The position numbers and the translations under genes are program-made. From the NCBI GenBank assembly GCA_963761305.1, contig CAVXGK010000001.1, forward strand, positions 160,001 through 224,000: a stretch of DNA of 64,000 nucleotides. The letters are read 5' to 3'. Of the stretch, positions 11,144 through 22,716 are shown piece after piece. The first letter of the stretch is position 1; every line of letters begins with the position of its first letter. The notes below the pieces were generated by a model, which was not told where the DNA came from, searched no databases, and saw nothing but the letters and a program-made list of their open reading frames with translations. Source of the DNA: an uncultured Gemmatimonadaceae bacterium. Its GTDB lineage: Bacteria > Gemmatimonadota > Gemmatimonadetes > Gemmatimonadales > Gemmatimonadaceae.

Positions 11144-11824
11144 GTGACCACCACGACCGTAGACTTTCTCGCAACCGTCCAGCTGTTCAACGGGCTCGAT
11201 CGGGCCGAACTCCAGCGGTTCGCCGACCTGACCCGCGAGCGGTTCTATCCGCGCGGCAGCGTGATCCTGTTCGAGAACGACCCGGGCGACTCGTTGTTCG
11301 TCGTGCGCCAGGGACGCGTGAAGGTCGTGCTCATCGGCGAAGACGGGCGTGAAGTGATCCTCGGCGTGCTGGGCGTGGGTGAACATTTCGGCGAGCTGTC
11401 GCTGATCGACGACCGCCCGCGGTCGGCGCACGTGATCGCGATGGACGACGCCCATCTGCTCGTATTGCGGCGCGAGGATTTTCGAAAGCGGGTCGATTCG
11501 TCACCTGCCGTCGCGTGGGCGCTCCTCAGCGAGCTCTCACGCCGGTTGCGCCGCGCCGACGAGAAGATCGGCGGACTCGTGCTGCTGGACGTGCCCGGGC
11601 GCATCGCCCGGCTGCTGCTCGATCTCGCCGAAGAGATGGGGAGCGACACGATCGACAAGCCGTTGACACATCAGACGATCGCGCAGATGATCGGCGCGAG
11701 CCGCGAGACCGTGTCCCGCGCCATGAAGGATTTCCAGGACGCGAACTGGGTGACCGTCGAACACCGCCGCATCACACTGGCGGACCGCCCGGCGCTCGAG
11801 GCTCGCGCACAGGCCAAACTCTAG
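11144..11824 (+). CDS. Crp/Fnr-family transcriptional regulator
   Basis: cNMP-binding FGELSLIDDRPRSA; HTH LTHQTIAQMIGASRETVSR. Confidence 0.93.
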   Translation: MTTTTVDFLATVQLFNGLDRAELQRFADLTRERFYPRGSVILFENDPGDSLFVVRQGRVKVVLIGEDGREVILGVLGVGEHFGELSLIDDRPRSAHVIAMDDAHLLVLRREDFRKRVDSSPAVAWALLSELSRRLRRADEKIGGLVLLDVPGRIARLLLDLAEEMGSDTIDKPLTHQTIAQMIGASRETVSRAMKDFQDANWVTVEHRRITLADRPALEARAQAKL

Positions 11825-11854
11825 CCCCGCTCGCCCGAACGGAGTCGAGCGCCC

Positions 11855-12727
11855 ATGTCGCTGCGTTTGCGGTTCTGGGGCACGCGGGGGTCGGTTCCGA
11901 CGCCAGGACCGCACACCGTGCGCTACGGCGGGAATACGCCGTGCGTCGAAGTCCGTACTTCGACGAACGCCCTCGTCATCCTCGACGCCGGCACCGGCAT
12001 CCGCGAGCTCGGGCAGTCGCTCCTCGACGGCGCGAACGGTTCGCCGATCACCGCCGACATCTTTCTCACGCACGCGCACTGGGATCACATCCAGGGTATT
12101 CCGTTTTTCGCGCCGATCTTCGAGCGCGGCAACCAGTTCACGTTCTGGGGCGCGACCACGCTGCGCGCCAACGTCGGCCGCGTCGTGCGCGACCAGATGT
12201 CGCCGGTGGTGTTTCCGGTGACGTTCGATTCCCTGCTGGCGCGCGTCGAGTTCGCCGAGCTCACCGACGGTCCGCACGTCGGCGACGGGTACTCGATCTC
12301 CGCGTTCGTGCTGCATCACCCGGGCGGCGCGCTGGCGTACCGCGTGACCGACACGTCTCCGGGCGGCAAGTCGTTCGTGCACGTATCGGACAACGAGCTC
12401 GCCCCCCACGCGAGCTACGGCGAAGATCCCGGATGGCGCGACCGACTCGTCGCGTTCGTCCGCGGCGCGACGACGCTGGTGCACGACGCGAGCTACACGC
12501 CGGACGAGTACGAGCACCATCGCGGCTGGGGGCATTCGACGTACGACGACGCCGTGCAGTTGGCGCTCGACAGTGGCGTCGAGGAGCTGGTGCTGTTTCA
12601 TCACAAGCCGGAACGTGACGACGACGATCTGGACGTTCGCTTGGGCGAATGTCGCGCGACGGTGGCGCGGCGCGGTGCGTCGCTCCGCGTGACCGCGTCG
12701 GCCGAAGGAATGACGCTCGCGGTGTAG
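11855..12727 (+). CDS. MBL-fold metallohydrolase (PhnP / cyclic-nucleotide phosphodiesterase-like)
   Basis: FWGTRGSVPTPG...YGGNTPCVE, THAHWDHIQG, GWGHS, FHH. Confidence 0.88.
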   Translation: MSLRLRFWGTRGSVPTPGPHTVRYGGNTPCVEVRTSTNALVILDAGTGIRELGQSLLDGANGSPITADIFLTHAHWDHIQGIPFFAPIFERGNQFTFWGATTLRANVGRVVRDQMSPVVFPVTFDSLLARVEFAELTDGPHVGDGYSISAFVLHHPGGALAYRVTDTSPGGKSFVHVSDNELAPHASYGEDPGWRDRLVAFVRGATTLVHDASYTPDEYEHHRGWGHSTYDDAVQLALDSGVEELVLFHHKPERDDDDLDVRLGECRATVARRGASLRVTASAEGMTLAV

Positions 12728-12728
12728 C

Positions 12729-13436
12729 GTGCGCTTCGCGCCGCTGGGCGACCGCGCCGTCATGATCACGCTCGGCGCGACGATCGACGAAACCACGCAC
12801 CGTCTGGTTCGCAGCGCGTCGGCGCGGATCGATCGCAACCCGCCGGCCGGATTCGTCGACCAGGTGCCGGCGTTCACGAGCATCGCCGTGCACTACGATC
12901 CGGTCGTCGCCGCGCACGGCGCGCGAACGTCGCCGTATGCGCGCGTCGTCGACGAGCTCACGGCGGCGCTCGACGGGCTCACCGCGGAACAGCTTCCGCC
13001 GGCGAGGGTCGTCGAGATTCCCGTGTGCTACGGCGGCACGTTCGGCCCCGACCTCGACGACGTCGCGCAAGCGCACGAGATCGCGAGCGACGAAGTGGTG
13101 CGGCTGCACACCGGCGGCAACTACCTCGTCTACATGGTCGGTTTCATGCCGGGCTTCGCGTACCTCGGCGGATTGCCGACGACGCTCGCCACGCCGCGGC
13201 GCAAGACGCCGCGCACCGTCGTACCGGCGGGGACCGTCGGCATCGGCGGCAGCCAGACCGGCGTCTACCCGCTCGACTCACCCGGCGGGTGGAACCTGAT
13301 CGGCAAGACGCCGCTCGCCGTCTTTGACATCGCGCGGCCGGAGCCCGCGCTTCTGGCGACTGGCGACCGCGTGCGCTTTCGCGCGATCACCGAAGCACAG
13401 TTTCGAAATTGGTCTCCAGACCCAACACCGTCGTGA
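12729..13436 (+). CDS. pxpB: 5-oxoprolinase subunit B
   Basis: VEIPVCYGG, GFMPGFAYLGG, YPLDSPGGWNLIGKT. Confidence 0.92.
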   Translation: MRFAPLGDRAVMITLGATIDETTHRLVRSASARIDRNPPAGFVDQVPAFTSIAVHYDPVVAAHGARTSPYARVVDELTAALDGLTAEQLPPARVVEIPVCYGGTFGPDLDDVAQAHEIASDEVVRLHTGGNYLVYMVGFMPGFAYLGGLPTTLATPRRKTPRTVVPAGTVGIGGSQTGVYPLDSPGGWNLIGKTPLAVFDIARPEPALLATGDRVRFRAITEAQFRNWSPDPTPS

Positions 13437-14443
13437 GCGCCCGCGTCGTGAGCGGCGGGCTCCAGACGACTGTCCAGGATCTCGGGAGACCGCGAACGCA
13501 GCGCCACGCCGTGCCAGTGTGTGGCGCGATGGACACGATGGCGCTCCGCATCGCGAACCTGCTGGTGGGAAACGACGAGGGCGCCGCCGCGCTCGAAACG
13601 ACGTTGATCGGGCCCGCGCTCGAGTTCGACGCGCCGACGCTGATCTCGATCGCCGGCGCCGATCTCAGCGCGACCATCGACTCGGTGCCGATCGGCAGGT
13701 GGCGTGCGGCGCTCGCCCCGGCCGGATCGACGCTTCGATTCGGGCGCCCCGAGGCGGGATGTCGCGCGTACGTCGCGATCGGCGGCGGCATCGACGTGCC
13801 CGCCGTGTTCGACAGCCGTTCGACGTATCTGCGCGCGTCGTTCGGCGGCGTCGACGGCCGCGCGCTGCGCGATGGCGACGAGCTTCATTTCGGCGCGCCG
13901 TCGCCGCTGTCGCGACACATCGCCGATTCGCTGCACGTCGAAGGCGGCGTGCCGGCCGTGGCACACTGGTTCGCGGGCGTCACGCTGCGTCCCGCCTACA
14001 CGACCGAGCCGATCGTTCGCCTGATTCCCGGCGCCCACACCGACGCACTCGACGCCGTGTCGCGCACGGCGTTGTTTAGCGACCGATTTCGCGTGTCGGC
14101 AAGCTCGGATCGCATGGGCTATCGCATCGAGGGTCCGCAGCTGCAGTTGCACGAGCGAATCGAGATCCTCTCCGAAGGCGTGACGTTCGGCACGGTGCAA
14201 CTTCCGCCCGGCGGCGCGCCGATCATCCTCATGGCCGACGGGCAGACAACGGGCGGTTATCCGCGCATTGGCGAAGTCGCGTCGGTCGACTTGCCGCTCA
14301 TCGCGCAGCTCAAGCCGGGCGACCACGTGCGATTCACGCAGGTCTCGCTCGACGACGCGCAGGAGCTGTACCTTGAGCGCGAGAACGAGCTGACCCAGAT
14401 GAAGGTCGGGTTGGCGTTTCGCTTTTCACGGAGCGGGCGATGA
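13433..14443 (+). CDS. pxpC: 5-oxoprolinase subunit C
   Basis: TTVQDLGR, SDRMGYR, ADGQTTGGYPRIG; GTGA overlap with pxpB stop. Confidence 0.92.
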   Translation: MSARVVSGGLQTTVQDLGRPRTQRHAVPVCGAMDTMALRIANLLVGNDEGAAALETTLIGPALEFDAPTLISIAGADLSATIDSVPIGRWRAALAPAGSTLRFGRPEAGCRAYVAIGGGIDVPAVFDSRSTYLRASFGGVDGRALRDGDELHFGAPSPLSRHIADSLHVEGGVPAVAHWFAGVTLRPAYTTEPIVRLIPGAHTDALDAVSRTALFSDRFRVSASSDRMGYRIEGPQLQLHERIEILSEGVTFGTVQLPPGGAPIILMADGQTTGGYPRIGEVASVDLPLIAQLKPGDHVRFTQVSLDDAQELYLERENELTQMKVGLAFRFSRSGR

Positions 14444-15219
14444 CGCTGCAGGTCGATCTGAACTGCGACATGGGCGAGAGCTTCGGCGCGTACACCATCG
14501 GGGCCGACGACGCCGTGTTTCCGTTCATCACGTCGGCGAACGTCGCCTGCGGCTACCACGGCGGCGACCCGTCGGTGATGCGCGCGACCATCGCGCACGC
14601 CAAGGAGCGCGGCGTCGCCGTCGGTGCGCACCCGGGCTTTCAGGATCTCATCGGCTTCGGCCGCCGCCCGATGGACGTCACGCCCTCGGAGGCGTACGAC
14701 CTCGTCGTGTATCAAGTCGGCGCGCTGATGGGCTTCGCCCGCGCCGCGCAGATCGAGTTGCAGCACGTGAAGGCGCACGGCGCGCTGTACAACATGGCGG
14801 CGGTGAATCGCGACCTCGCGTCGGCGATCGCGCGCGCGACGGCCGACGTCGACCGCGGCCTCGTGTTGTTCGGTCTTCCCGGCAGCCACCTGGTGAGCGA
14901 AGGCGAGAAGGCGGGCCTCCGCACGGCGTCGGAGGCGTTCGCCGATCGCAACTACATGCCCGACGGTTCGCTCGTGTCGCGACGTCGCCCGGACGCGCAC
15001 GTCCACGACGCGGACGAAGCCGTGCGCCGGGCGATTCGAATGGTCAAGGAAGGTCGCGTGCGCGCGGCGGACGGAACCGACGTGGCACTCCGCGCCGACA
15101 CGATCTGCATTCACGGCGACGGGCCGCATGCGGCGGAATTCGCGCGCCGGTTGCGGTCGGACTTCGAGGCCGAAGGGATCGCCGTTCGCCCGCCGGGGCG
15201 CACACTGAGGAACGGGTGA
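14440..15219 (+). CDS. pxpA: 5-oxoprolinase subunit A (LamB/YcsF)
   Basis: DLNCDMGESFG, HVKAHGALYN, EAFADRNY, TICIHGD. Confidence 0.95.
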   Translation: MTLQVDLNCDMGESFGAYTIGADDAVFPFITSANVACGYHGGDPSVMRATIAHAKERGVAVGAHPGFQDLIGFGRRPMDVTPSEAYDLVVYQVGALMGFARAAQIELQHVKAHGALYNMAAVNRDLASAIARATADVDRGLVLFGLPGSHLVSEGEKAGLRTASEAFADRNYMPDGSLVSRRRPDAHVHDADEAVRRAIRMVKEGRVRAADGTDVALRADTICIHGDGPHAAEFARRLRSDFEAEGIAVRPPGRTLRNG

Positions 15220-15332
15220 GGAGGCGGAGTGCGGTGACGTGGTTATGAGTGAGGAGGCGGAGTCCGGTGATCTCCGCACACCGCCCCCGCTCTCGTCCCA
15301 GGTCTCCGCACACCGTCTCCGTACTCCTCTCA
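15218..15332. repeat. Intergenic direct/inverted repeat cluster between convergent genes
   Basis: GAGGAGGCGGAGTSCGGTGA x2 and TCTCCGCACACCG x2, partly complementary to each other. Confidence 0.6.
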
Positions 15333-16337
15333 CTAGAAGCGAAACTCCTTCCCTTCGTCGGCCGCCTTGTAAATCGCTTCCACGATCTTGTGGAGCACGA
15401 CCTGATCCGTCGGCGGGTCGAACGCCGTCTCACCGGCCACCACCGCAACGAAGTGCGCCAGCTCGGCGCGATACGATTGAATGAACGCGTTCTCGCGGCT
15501 CGCCGCACCGCTCGGCGACACATCCGTCGCGCGGCCGTTGAGCTCTTTCACCACACGCAGCGGGGCGAGCCGCGCGCTGCCGCGCGTGCCGAGTACCTCG
15601 AACCACCAGCGTTCCTCGTCGCCCACGTACGCCGACGAGACATCGAACAGGAAAGCGACGCCCGGCGCGCACTCGAGCTGCGCCAACAGCGCGTCTTCGA
15701 CCGTCGTCGCGCCTCGCGCGCGATCCATGTGCGCGGTGACGCGCACCGGATCCGGGTAATCGGCCAGCCATAGCGCGAGATCGAGCAGCGGCACGCCGTG
15801 CTCGAGGAACGCACCGCCGCCCGCTTCGGCCCGGCGAAACCGCCAGCCATCGGCCGGTCGCTTGCCGCGAAACGCTCCCGCGCGAACGCCGACGATCCGT
15901 CCAAGCTCACCGCCTTGGATGAATCGCGCGAGCGTCTGCACGTCGGTGCGATAGCGATGGTTGTTCGCGACCGCCACGACGCGCTGCGCGCGCGATGCCG
16001 CCACGAGAATTCGTTCGACGCCGCGCGAGTGGAGCGCCAGCGGACGTTCGCACAGCACGTGCTTCCCCGAGGCGAGCGCGCTCAGCGTGTGCGGCTCGTG
16101 CAAGTGGTTGGGCGTCGCGATGACGACCGCGTCGAGCGCGTCTTGCTCGAGCAGATCCTCGATGTCCGTATAGACGTCGGGCACGCCGAAGCGATCGGCC
16201 AGCGCGCGCGCCTTGGGGCGATCGTTGTCGCAGAGCGCGACCAGCTGCGCGCCGCGCATTTTCGCGAGTACGGGCAGGTGCGCGAGCTGGGCGATCGCGC
16301 CCGCGCCGACGACGCCGATTCGAACAGGCTCTTTCAT
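15333..16337 (-). CDS. Gfo/Idh/MocA-family oxidoreductase
   Basis: RIGVVGAGAIA, VIATPNHLH, HVLCERP, AGGGAFLEHGVP. Confidence 0.9.
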   Translation of the reverse strand: MKEPVRIGVVGAGAIAQLAHLPVLAKMRGAQLVALCDNDRPKARALADRFGVPDVYTDIEDLLEQDALDAVVIATPNHLHEPHTLSALASGKHVLCERPLALHSRGVERILVAASRAQRVVAVANNHRYRTDVQTLARFIQGGELGRIVGVRAGAFRGKRPADGWRFRRAEAGGGAFLEHGVPLLDLALWLADYPDPVRVTAHMDRARGATTVEDALLAQLECAPGVAFLFDVSSAYVGDEERWWFEVLGTRGSARLAPLRVVKELNGRATDVSPSGAASRENAFIQSYRAELAHFVAVVAGETAFDPPTDQVVLHKIVEAIYKAADEGKEFRF

Positions 16338-16354
16338 CGTGCCTCGTGTGGCCG

Positions 16355-16984
16355 CTACATGCCGCGGATGCGACCAAAGTAATAGGTCGCACCGGCGCGA
16401 GCCTGGACCGACCGCAGCCCTCCCACGAGATCGGCGCGCACGCTGCCTTCGATGCCGACCGATCGCGTGAAGCGCAAGGCAAGTCCGGCGACCCCGTACA
16501 CGCCGAACGAGATGTCGTCGAGCGATCGCTCGATGAAGGTGCCCTTGATCAGCTTGCCCTCGGCGTTGATCACGTGCGCCGCGCCGCCGGCTCCGAGGAA
16601 TGGCTTGAGGATCCCCACGCTTCCCAGCACCGGCGTGTAGCGCGCGTCGCCGCCGAATGTCACGTCGAAGACATTGATGCGTGACGGAACGAGTCGCGCC
16701 GACGTGTCGCTGAGACTCTTGTCGAGCGAGTCGACGAACGTCTGCACTACCTGGTCGCGAAAACGCGATTGCCAGTAGCTGACCGAAAACGAGATGCGCC
16801 ACCGCTGGCCGATCGGACCATAGTCGGCTTGCGTGGAGAACAGCGTCGCGGGCAGCACCGCCTCCGGCAAGATGCGGCCGACCGACGCTCCGAGCGAGAT
16901 GATTTGCAGGCGATCGAGGCTGATCAGCGAGCCGCTGGGCTGGGCGCGCGCCGCTCGCGGAGCCGCGAACAGCGCCACGCCCAA
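16355..16984 (-). CDS. Hypothetical exported protein, probable outer-membrane beta-barrel (start uncertain)
   Basis: Signal-like AxA cleavage site; amphipathic strands (PFLGAGGAAH; AGATYYF near C-terminus). Confidence 0.6.
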   Translation of the reverse strand: MGVALFAAPRAARAQPSGSLISLDRLQIISLGASVGRILPEAVLPATLFSTQADYGPIGQRWRISFSVSYWQSRFRDQVVQTFVDSLDKSLSDTSARLVPSRINVFDVTFGGDARYTPVLGSVGILKPFLGAGGAAHVINAEGKLIKGTFIERSLDDISFGVYGVAGLALRFTRSVGIEGSVRADLVGGLRSVQARAGATYYFGRIRGM

Positions 16985-17030
16985 CGCGGCGCTCCACCCG
17001 ACGCGCAGCGCGGCGCAGGCGAGGCGAACG

Positions 17031-18269
17031 CTACGGCGCGGAGCCGATCGTCGTGCCGGGATAATACGCTTCGAGAATCGCGCGGAAGTCCTGGCCCGCA
17101 CGCGCGCGGCCGATTGCGCCCCACTGACACATCCCGACTCCATGCCCATAGCCCATCCCGTGGAGTGTGAGACGCGCGAGCGAGCCGTCGGGCGCCGGCG
17201 CCGTTGCGACGGAAAAATAGGTGCTCTCGAGAATCTCGCTACCGGGCTTGCGCAGCACGAACCGAATGTCGTTGCCGCGCAGCGTGAAGTTGCCGCGATC
17301 GGTGGTGATGGTGAGCGTGCCGACGCGCCCCGACGGCGTGTGCGACGCGACCGTCACCGCGGTTACGACGCCCGGCCGCTTGCCCGGCACGTTGGCATAG
17401 TTGGCGAGATAGGCCGCCACGGCGGCGTTCAGCATCGCGGCGTCGAACGTGTGCGTCCATGCGAACCTCGGCGCCCCGTCACAATAGAAGCGCTCGGTTC
17501 CCGGAATGCGATCGCTCACCGGGCGGAGATACGGCTCGTCGCCCGTGCGCCACACCTCCGACGCCGCCGCCGTGGACCCGCCGCAGGCCGAATGGTACGG
17601 CGCGTTCACGACGCGCCCGGCGTACGTGAGCACGAGCCACCGCGTCGACTCCACAGCTTGCGACCCGACGCCCGTCTCGGCCGCAACGCCGCCGTAGATC
17701 TGATCGAGCACGCCGCCCGTGACGTCGAACGACCGCCCGGGCGCCAGATGGATGTACGCGTAGCTCCGCGCAGTCACCGCCTGCGCCTGGACGGCGGCGG
17801 AATCGGCCGGCGGACGGTCGCCCATCTCGAGCGGCACCACGCCGCGCACGTAGTCCTCGATTGAGAGCGAGTTGATCTCGACGAGTCCGGTGTCGGAACC
17901 GGCGAACGTCAGCTCGCCGCGATAGGGCGACCCATTCAGCGAAAGCAGCGCGGTTCCGATCGCTTGGGCGCGGATCGCGCGCTCCGACCACACGGTGGGG
18001 ACACCGTCCGGCCGAACGGCGCGCACCCGTGTGCCGTCGTGTTCGATGCGCCAGCCGGCACCCGGCGCGCTGCGCGCCATCAGGCTTCCGCCGTCGGTGA
18101 GCAGGTTGAATCCGGACGGCGACGACAGCCTCGCCGTCGGCGTGTTTCCCGATAGGAGAACGCGAATGAGCGTCTCCGACCGTTGATGGACCGGTGGCGG
18201 CGCATCGCGGCCGGCGCCCCCGAACGACAGCGCGACGACGGCGGCCGCGATCGCCGGCCGAACGTTCAT
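17031..18269 (-). CDS. SpoIID/LytB-domain lytic transglycosylase
   Basis: [43 protein letters not shown]. Confidence 0.93.
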   Translation of the reverse strand: MNVRPAIAAAVVALSFGGAGRDAPPPVHQRSETLIRVLLSGNTPTARLSSPSGFNLLTDGGSLMARSAPGAGWRIEHDGTRVRAVRPDGVPTVWSERAIRAQAIGTALLSLNGSPYRGELTFAGSDTGLVEINSLSIEDYVRGVVPLEMGDRPPADSAAVQAQAVTARSYAYIHLAPGRSFDVTGGVLDQIYGGVAAETGVGSQAVESTRWLVLTYAGRVVNAPYHSACGGSTAAASEVWRTGDEPYLRPVSDRIPGTERFYCDGAPRFAWTHTFDAAMLNAAVAAYLANYANVPGKRPGVVTAVTVASHTPSGRVGTLTITTDRGNFTLRGNDIRFVLRKPGSEILESTYFSVATAPAPDGSLARLTLHGMGYGHGVGMCQWGAIGRARAGQDFRAILEAYYPGTTIGSAP

Positions 18270-19540
18270 GCCACGGCGGCCATGGCGCCGTCGAGGCGGT
18301 CGAGCGTGTCATCCACGACGGCGTCGGTGTGCGCGGACGACATGAACGCCGCTTCGAACGCCGACGGCGCGAGATAGACGCCGCGCTCCAGCGCCTCGTG
18401 AAAAAAGCGCCGGAATCGTTCGACGTCCGACGTCTTGGCGTCGGCGAACGAACGCACAGGCTCCTCGCGAAAGAAGAACCCCCACATCGACCCCGCGTTG
18501 TCCGCGGTGAACGGAACGCCGTGGCGCGCCGCGCTGGCGCGCAAACCGAGCACCAAGCGCTCGGTGCAGCGCGCGATCTCGTCGTGTACGTCTTCGGTGA
18601 GAAGTCCGAGCGTCGCGATGCCGGCCGCCATCGCGACCGGATTGCCCGACAACGTCCCGGCCTGATAGACAGGACCGTCCGGCGCGATCTGCCGCATGAG
18701 ATCCCGACGGCCGCCGTACGCGGCCACTGGAAATCCGCCGCCGATCACCTTGCCGAGCGTGGTGAGATCGGCGGTGATCCCGAATCGTTCGCGCGCGCCG
18801 CCCGGCGCGATTCGAAAACCCGTCATCACTTCGTCGAAGACGAGCAACGCGCCGTGCGCGTCAGCGAGCGCGCGCAGTCCAGGCAGAAACGCCGGATCGG
18901 GCGGAATGAACCCGGCGTTTCCCACCACCGGCTCGACGACGATCGCCGCCACCGAGTGATGCGCGAGGAGCGCCTCGACCGCCGGGAGGTCGTTGAACGG
19001 CGCGACGATCGTGAGCGACGCCAACGCCTCGGGCACTCCGGGCGAATTGGGAAGGCCAAGCGTCGCCACGCCCGAGCCGGCGCGCACGAGAAACGAGTCG
19101 GCGTGCCCGTGATAGCAGCCGTCGAACTTGAGAATCACGTCGCGCCCCGTCGCCGCGCGAGCGAGCCGAATGGCGCTCATCGTCGCCTCGGTCCCGCTCG
19201 ACACGAAGCGCAGCATCTCGACGTTCGGCATTCGGTGCGTCACCAACTCGGCCAGCTCGACCTCCACTTCCGTCGGGATGCCGAAGCTCGTGCCGCGTTT
19301 CATCACTCGGCTCACCGCATCGAGCACCAACGGCGGCGCGTGGCCGAGCACCAGCGGGCCCCAGGACAACACGTAGTCGATGTACTCCTTGCCGTCGACG
19401 TCCCAGATGCGCGCCCCTTCGCCGCGCTCGACGACGAACGGTTCGCCGCCCACGCCGCGGAACGCGCGGACCGGCGAACTGACACCGCCGGGAAACAGTT
19501 CGCGCGCCCGCTTCAGGATGCCGCGCGAGCCGCCGCTCAC
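18266..19540 (-). CDS. hemL: Glutamate-1-semialdehyde 2,1-aminomutase
   Basis: [46 protein letters not shown]. Confidence 0.97.
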   Translation of the reverse strand: MSGGSRGILKRARELFPGGVSSPVRAFRGVGGEPFVVERGEGARIWDVDGKEYIDYVLSWGPLVLGHAPPLVLDAVSRVMKRGTSFGIPTEVEVELAELVTHRMPNVEMLRFVSSGTEATMSAIRLARAATGRDVILKFDGCYHGHADSFLVRAGSGVATLGLPNSPGVPEALASLTIVAPFNDLPAVEALLAHHSVAAIVVEPVVGNAGFIPPDPAFLPGLRALADAHGALLVFDEVMTGFRIAPGGARERFGITADLTTLGKVIGGGFPVAAYGGRRDLMRQIAPDGPVYQAGTLSGNPVAMAAGIATLGLLTEDVHDEIARCTERLVLGLRASAARHGVPFTADNAGSMWGFFFREEPVRSFADAKTSDVERFRRFFHEALERGVYLAPSAFEAAFMSSAHTDAVVDDTLDRLDGAMAAVA

Positions 19541-20931
19541 CGCCCGTAGCTTCCGATCGAGCCGAGCGTAGGGAGCGCCCGCACGCGTCGCGCGCGAGCC
19601 GGCGGCGCCGACACGACGCTCACGAGCGACGCCGCGAAATCGACGTCGTCGACCACTTCGTTCAGCTCGACGTCGACGAACGAGCCCGGCGCGACCTTCT
19701 TGGCACCCGAGAGTCGCGTGACGCCGTCAATGTCGTCGGCCTGCCACACGACGCGCGCCTGCACCTCGTCGTCCTCCACGCGGTCCACGATCGCGCGCAC
19801 GGTGCCCCCGGCGCCGATTCGCTGCTCGTACCGATCGGCGGTGATCAGACGCTGCATTTCGTTCAGCCGCTCGAGGCGTTCGCGTTTCACCGACTCCGGG
19901 ACGTCGTCGTCCATCGCCGCGGCGCGCGTTCCCTCTTGGGCCGAATACGTGAATGCGCCGACGCGGTCGAACTGCATTTCCTCGAGGAACTCGAGCAGCG
20001 TCTCGTAGTCTTCTTCCGTTTCTCCCGGAAAGCCGACGATGCACGTCGTGCGGATCGCGATGTCCGGCACGGTGGCGCGAATCGCCGCGACGCGCGCGCG
20101 CACCGTGCGCTGCCGCTCGGGTCGTCGCATGCGCGCCAGCACCGCGTCCGACCCGTGTTGGATCGGCATGTCGAGGTACGGCACGATGCGCGATTCAGTC
20201 GCCATCAGCTCCAGCACCGCCGGCGTGAGACCGGCCGAGTACACGTAGAGCATGCGGATCCACGGAATCGACGTCTCGCGCACCAACGCCGTGAGCACGT
20301 CGGCCAGGCCGAGCTTCTTGTCGCGCAGGTCGCGGCCATAATGCGCGAGATCCTGGGCGACGAGGTTGATCTCGCGCGCGCCCTGCGCCTCGAGCAGCTG
20401 CGCCTCGCGCACGATGTCGTCGAGTGCGAACGAGCGATGCTTGCCACGCATCAACGGAATCGCGCAGAACGCGCACCCGTGGTCGCACCCTTCGCTGATC
20501 TTGAGATAGCGAACGTGCGGGAGCCCGGTCACGAACTGGCGGACGCCCGGGTGTGGAACGGGCACGTCGTCCGGAGCAAGGAGGCCGCGCTCCTCGAGCT
20601 CGGGGATCAACCGGTCCATCTCCGCCGCGCCGAGAAAGAGATCGACTTCGGGGAGCGCGGCGAGCAGTTCGTCCTTGTGGCGTTGCACCATGCAGCCGAC
20701 GCCGACGACCGCCTTACACGATCCGTGTTCCTTGAGTCGCCCCGCTTCGACCATCGCGTCGATGGACTCTTTTTTCGCCGCGTCGATGAAGCCGCAGGTG
20801 TTCACCAGCACGACGTCGGCCTCGTCGAGATCGCGCGTGTAGGTCGCGCCGTGGTCGGCGAGCTGCGCGGCGTAGCGCTCGCTGTCGACGGTGTTCTTGT
20901 CGCACCCGAGCGTGATGATGCCAACCTTCAC
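19537..20931 (-). CDS. rimO: Ribosomal protein S12 methylthiotransferase
   Basis: [17 protein letters not shown], radical [15 protein letters not shown]-like C-terminus. Confidence 0.94.
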   Translation of the reverse strand: MKVGIITLGCDKNTVDSERYAAQLADHGATYTRDLDEADVVLVNTCGFIDAAKKESIDAMVEAGRLKEHGSCKAVVGVGCMVQRHKDELLAALPEVDLFLGAAEMDRLIPELEERGLLAPDDVPVPHPGVRQFVTGLPHVRYLKISEGCDHGCAFCAIPLMRGKHRSFALDDIVREAQLLEAQGAREINLVAQDLAHYGRDLRDKKLGLADVLTALVRETSIPWIRMLYVYSAGLTPAVLELMATESRIVPYLDMPIQHGSDAVLARMRRPERQRTVRARVAAIRATVPDIAIRTTCIVGFPGETEEDYETLLEFLEEMQFDRVGAFTYSAQEGTRAAAMDDDVPESVKRERLERLNEMQRLITADRYEQRIGAGGTVRAIVDRVEDDEVQARVVWQADDIDGVTRLSGAKKVAPGSFVDVELNEVVDDVDFAASLVSVVSAPPARARRVRALPTLGSIGSYGR

Positions 20932-21063
20932 GGGGCGCGGCGACGGGTAAACGGAGCGGTTTGGACGGGGCGGGCGGCAACGGGCATGGGCGTAAAGTTA
21001 GCCGTGGTGGGGGGATCGCGGCCGAGCTTGCGCGATTCTACTTTGCGTTGTAAAGTACTCCGC

Positions 21064-22716
21064 ATGAACAGTGCACTTTATGGCGAACCAAGCGAACCAT
21101 CGGATCGGGCCGTTCGCCGCCCCTCCATGACCGCGCCCGGCAGCCCGCGCGCGCTCACACCGGGTGTCGCCCGTCGCGTGCTGACCACCGCCGTCCTGCT
21201 CGGCTTCGCCGGCGACGCACTGCTCGGCGACCCGCCGGTCGGATTTGCCTTCGGCTGCTGGGTCGCGTTCGTCGCCATCAATACAGTCGCCCTCGCGTCG
21301 CAGGCCGACCGCCGCCCCAGCCTCGAATCCAGAATCTGGCTTGCCGCGGCGGTCGTGTTCGCCTTCGGCCTCGCCCTCCGCGACGCCGGAATGATTCAGG
21401 CGCTCGACGTGCTCGCGGCCCTCGGCGCGCTCGTGCTCGCCGCCGTGTGCATTCGCGATCCTCGCCTGGGCGTGCGCGCGACGCGGATCCGCGAGACGAT
21501 CCAAGCCGCGCTCAGAGTCGGCGTGGGGATGGCCGTGGGTGCCCTGCCGCTCGCTTTCCGCGAGGTCAAAACCGATTCGCTCGGCAAATCCGCTGCGCCT
21601 CGGATCGTCGCATGGGCGAAGACCGTGGCGCTCGTTCTCGTCACCGTGGTGCTCTTCGGCGCCCTCCTTCGGAGCGCCGATCCGGTGTTCGCGAGCATCG
21701 CACGGCTGCCGTCGCTCGACCTCTCCGATGCGTTCCGCCACGTGTTCATCGCCGGGCTCTTCGCCTGGCCGCTCGCCGGTGCCGCACGAGCCGCGCTGCG
21801 CGAGCATCCCGCGACCGACGACGACTTCCTCCCCGTTCCTTCAGTCGGCGCGATCGACGGCAAGGCCGTGTTGATCGTCCTCAACCTGCTCTTCGCCGCG
21901 TTCGTCGCCACCCAGTTCGTCGCCCTCGTCGGCGGCGAGTCGTTCGTGCGACGCACGGCCGGCCTCACATTGGCCGACTACGCGCGGCACGGGTTCTTCC
22001 AGATTCTCTTCGTCGCGGCGCTGGTCGTGCCGGTGCTGATCTTGACGCGCAACGCCGTCGCGGCGGGATCATCCTCCGCGCGATGGCACACGCGGCTGTC
22101 CGTGCCGATCATCGCGCTGATCGTGGGAATGATCGTCGCCGCGGTGTGGCGATTCGCGATCTACGTGCGCTTCTTCGGCTGGACGACCGAGCGCCTGTAC
22201 CCGCTGGTGTTCATGGGATGGTTGGCGGTCGTTCTCGTCTGGCTCGCGCTCACGGTACTCCGCGGATGGCCGCGTCCGTTCTTCATCGGCGCCGCCGCGA
22301 CGGGGCTCGCAACGCTCGCCGCGGTCAACGTCGCCAACATCGACGGCCGGATCGCGCGGGCGAACGTCGCGCGGGCGAACGTCGCGTTCGCCGACACCGA
22401 TCGCGGAGCGACGGAGCTCGACGTCGTCTACCTCGCCGGCATGAGCGCGGCGGCCGTACCGACGGCCGTCGAGGCGATCCTCGATCCGCGCCACTCGACG
22501 TTGCCGGCCAATCAGCGCTGTCTGGCGGCGACGCGTCTCCTCGACCGCTGGGGATCCACCTCGTCAGAGCGGAAGCGACGCAACACCTCGGGCGCGTGGC
22601 GCTTCTGGAATGCCGACGTCTCGCCGGCGCTACTCACCGTGGCCGCCAACGAGGCGCAACTGGCGGCGATCCGTACGGCGACCTGCCCGCCGCCGAAGAC
22701 GACGCCTCAGCGATAG
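21064..22716 (+). CDS. DUF4153/DUF4173-type polytopic membrane protein
   Basis: Many TM helices; LLRSADPVF, YARHGFFQ, GWTTERLY, LDVVYLAGMSAAAVP. Confidence 0.8.
   Translation: MNSALYGEPSEPSDRAVRRPSMTAPGSPRALTPGVARRVLTTAVLLGFAGDALLGDPPVGFAFGCWVAFVAINTVALASQADRRPSLESRIWLAAAVVFAFGLALRDAGMIQALDVLAALGALVLAAVCIRDPRLGVRATRIRETIQAALRVGVGMAVGALPLAFREVKTDSLGKSAAPRIVAWAKTVALVLVTVVLFGALLRSADPVFASIARLPSLDLSDAFRHVFIAGLFAWPLAGAARAALREHPATDDDFLPVPSVGAIDGKAVLIVLNLLFAAFVATQFVALVGGESFVRRTAGLTLADYARHGFFQILFVAALVVPVLILTRNAVAAGSSSARWHTRLSVPIIALIVGMIVAAVWRFAIYVRFFGWTTERLYPLVFMGWLAVVLVWLALTVLRGWPRPFFIGAAATGLATLAAVNVANIDGRIARANVARANVAFADTDRGATELDVVYLAGMSAAAVPTAVEAILDPRHSTLPANQRCLAATRLLDRWGSTSSERKRRNTSGAWRFWNADVSPALLTVAANEAQLAAIRTATCPPPKTTPQR

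Noticed and set aside
19936..21063. N-terminal 376 aa of the 926-aa ORF
   Set aside because: Antisense to rimO; the membrane protein proper starts near 21064.
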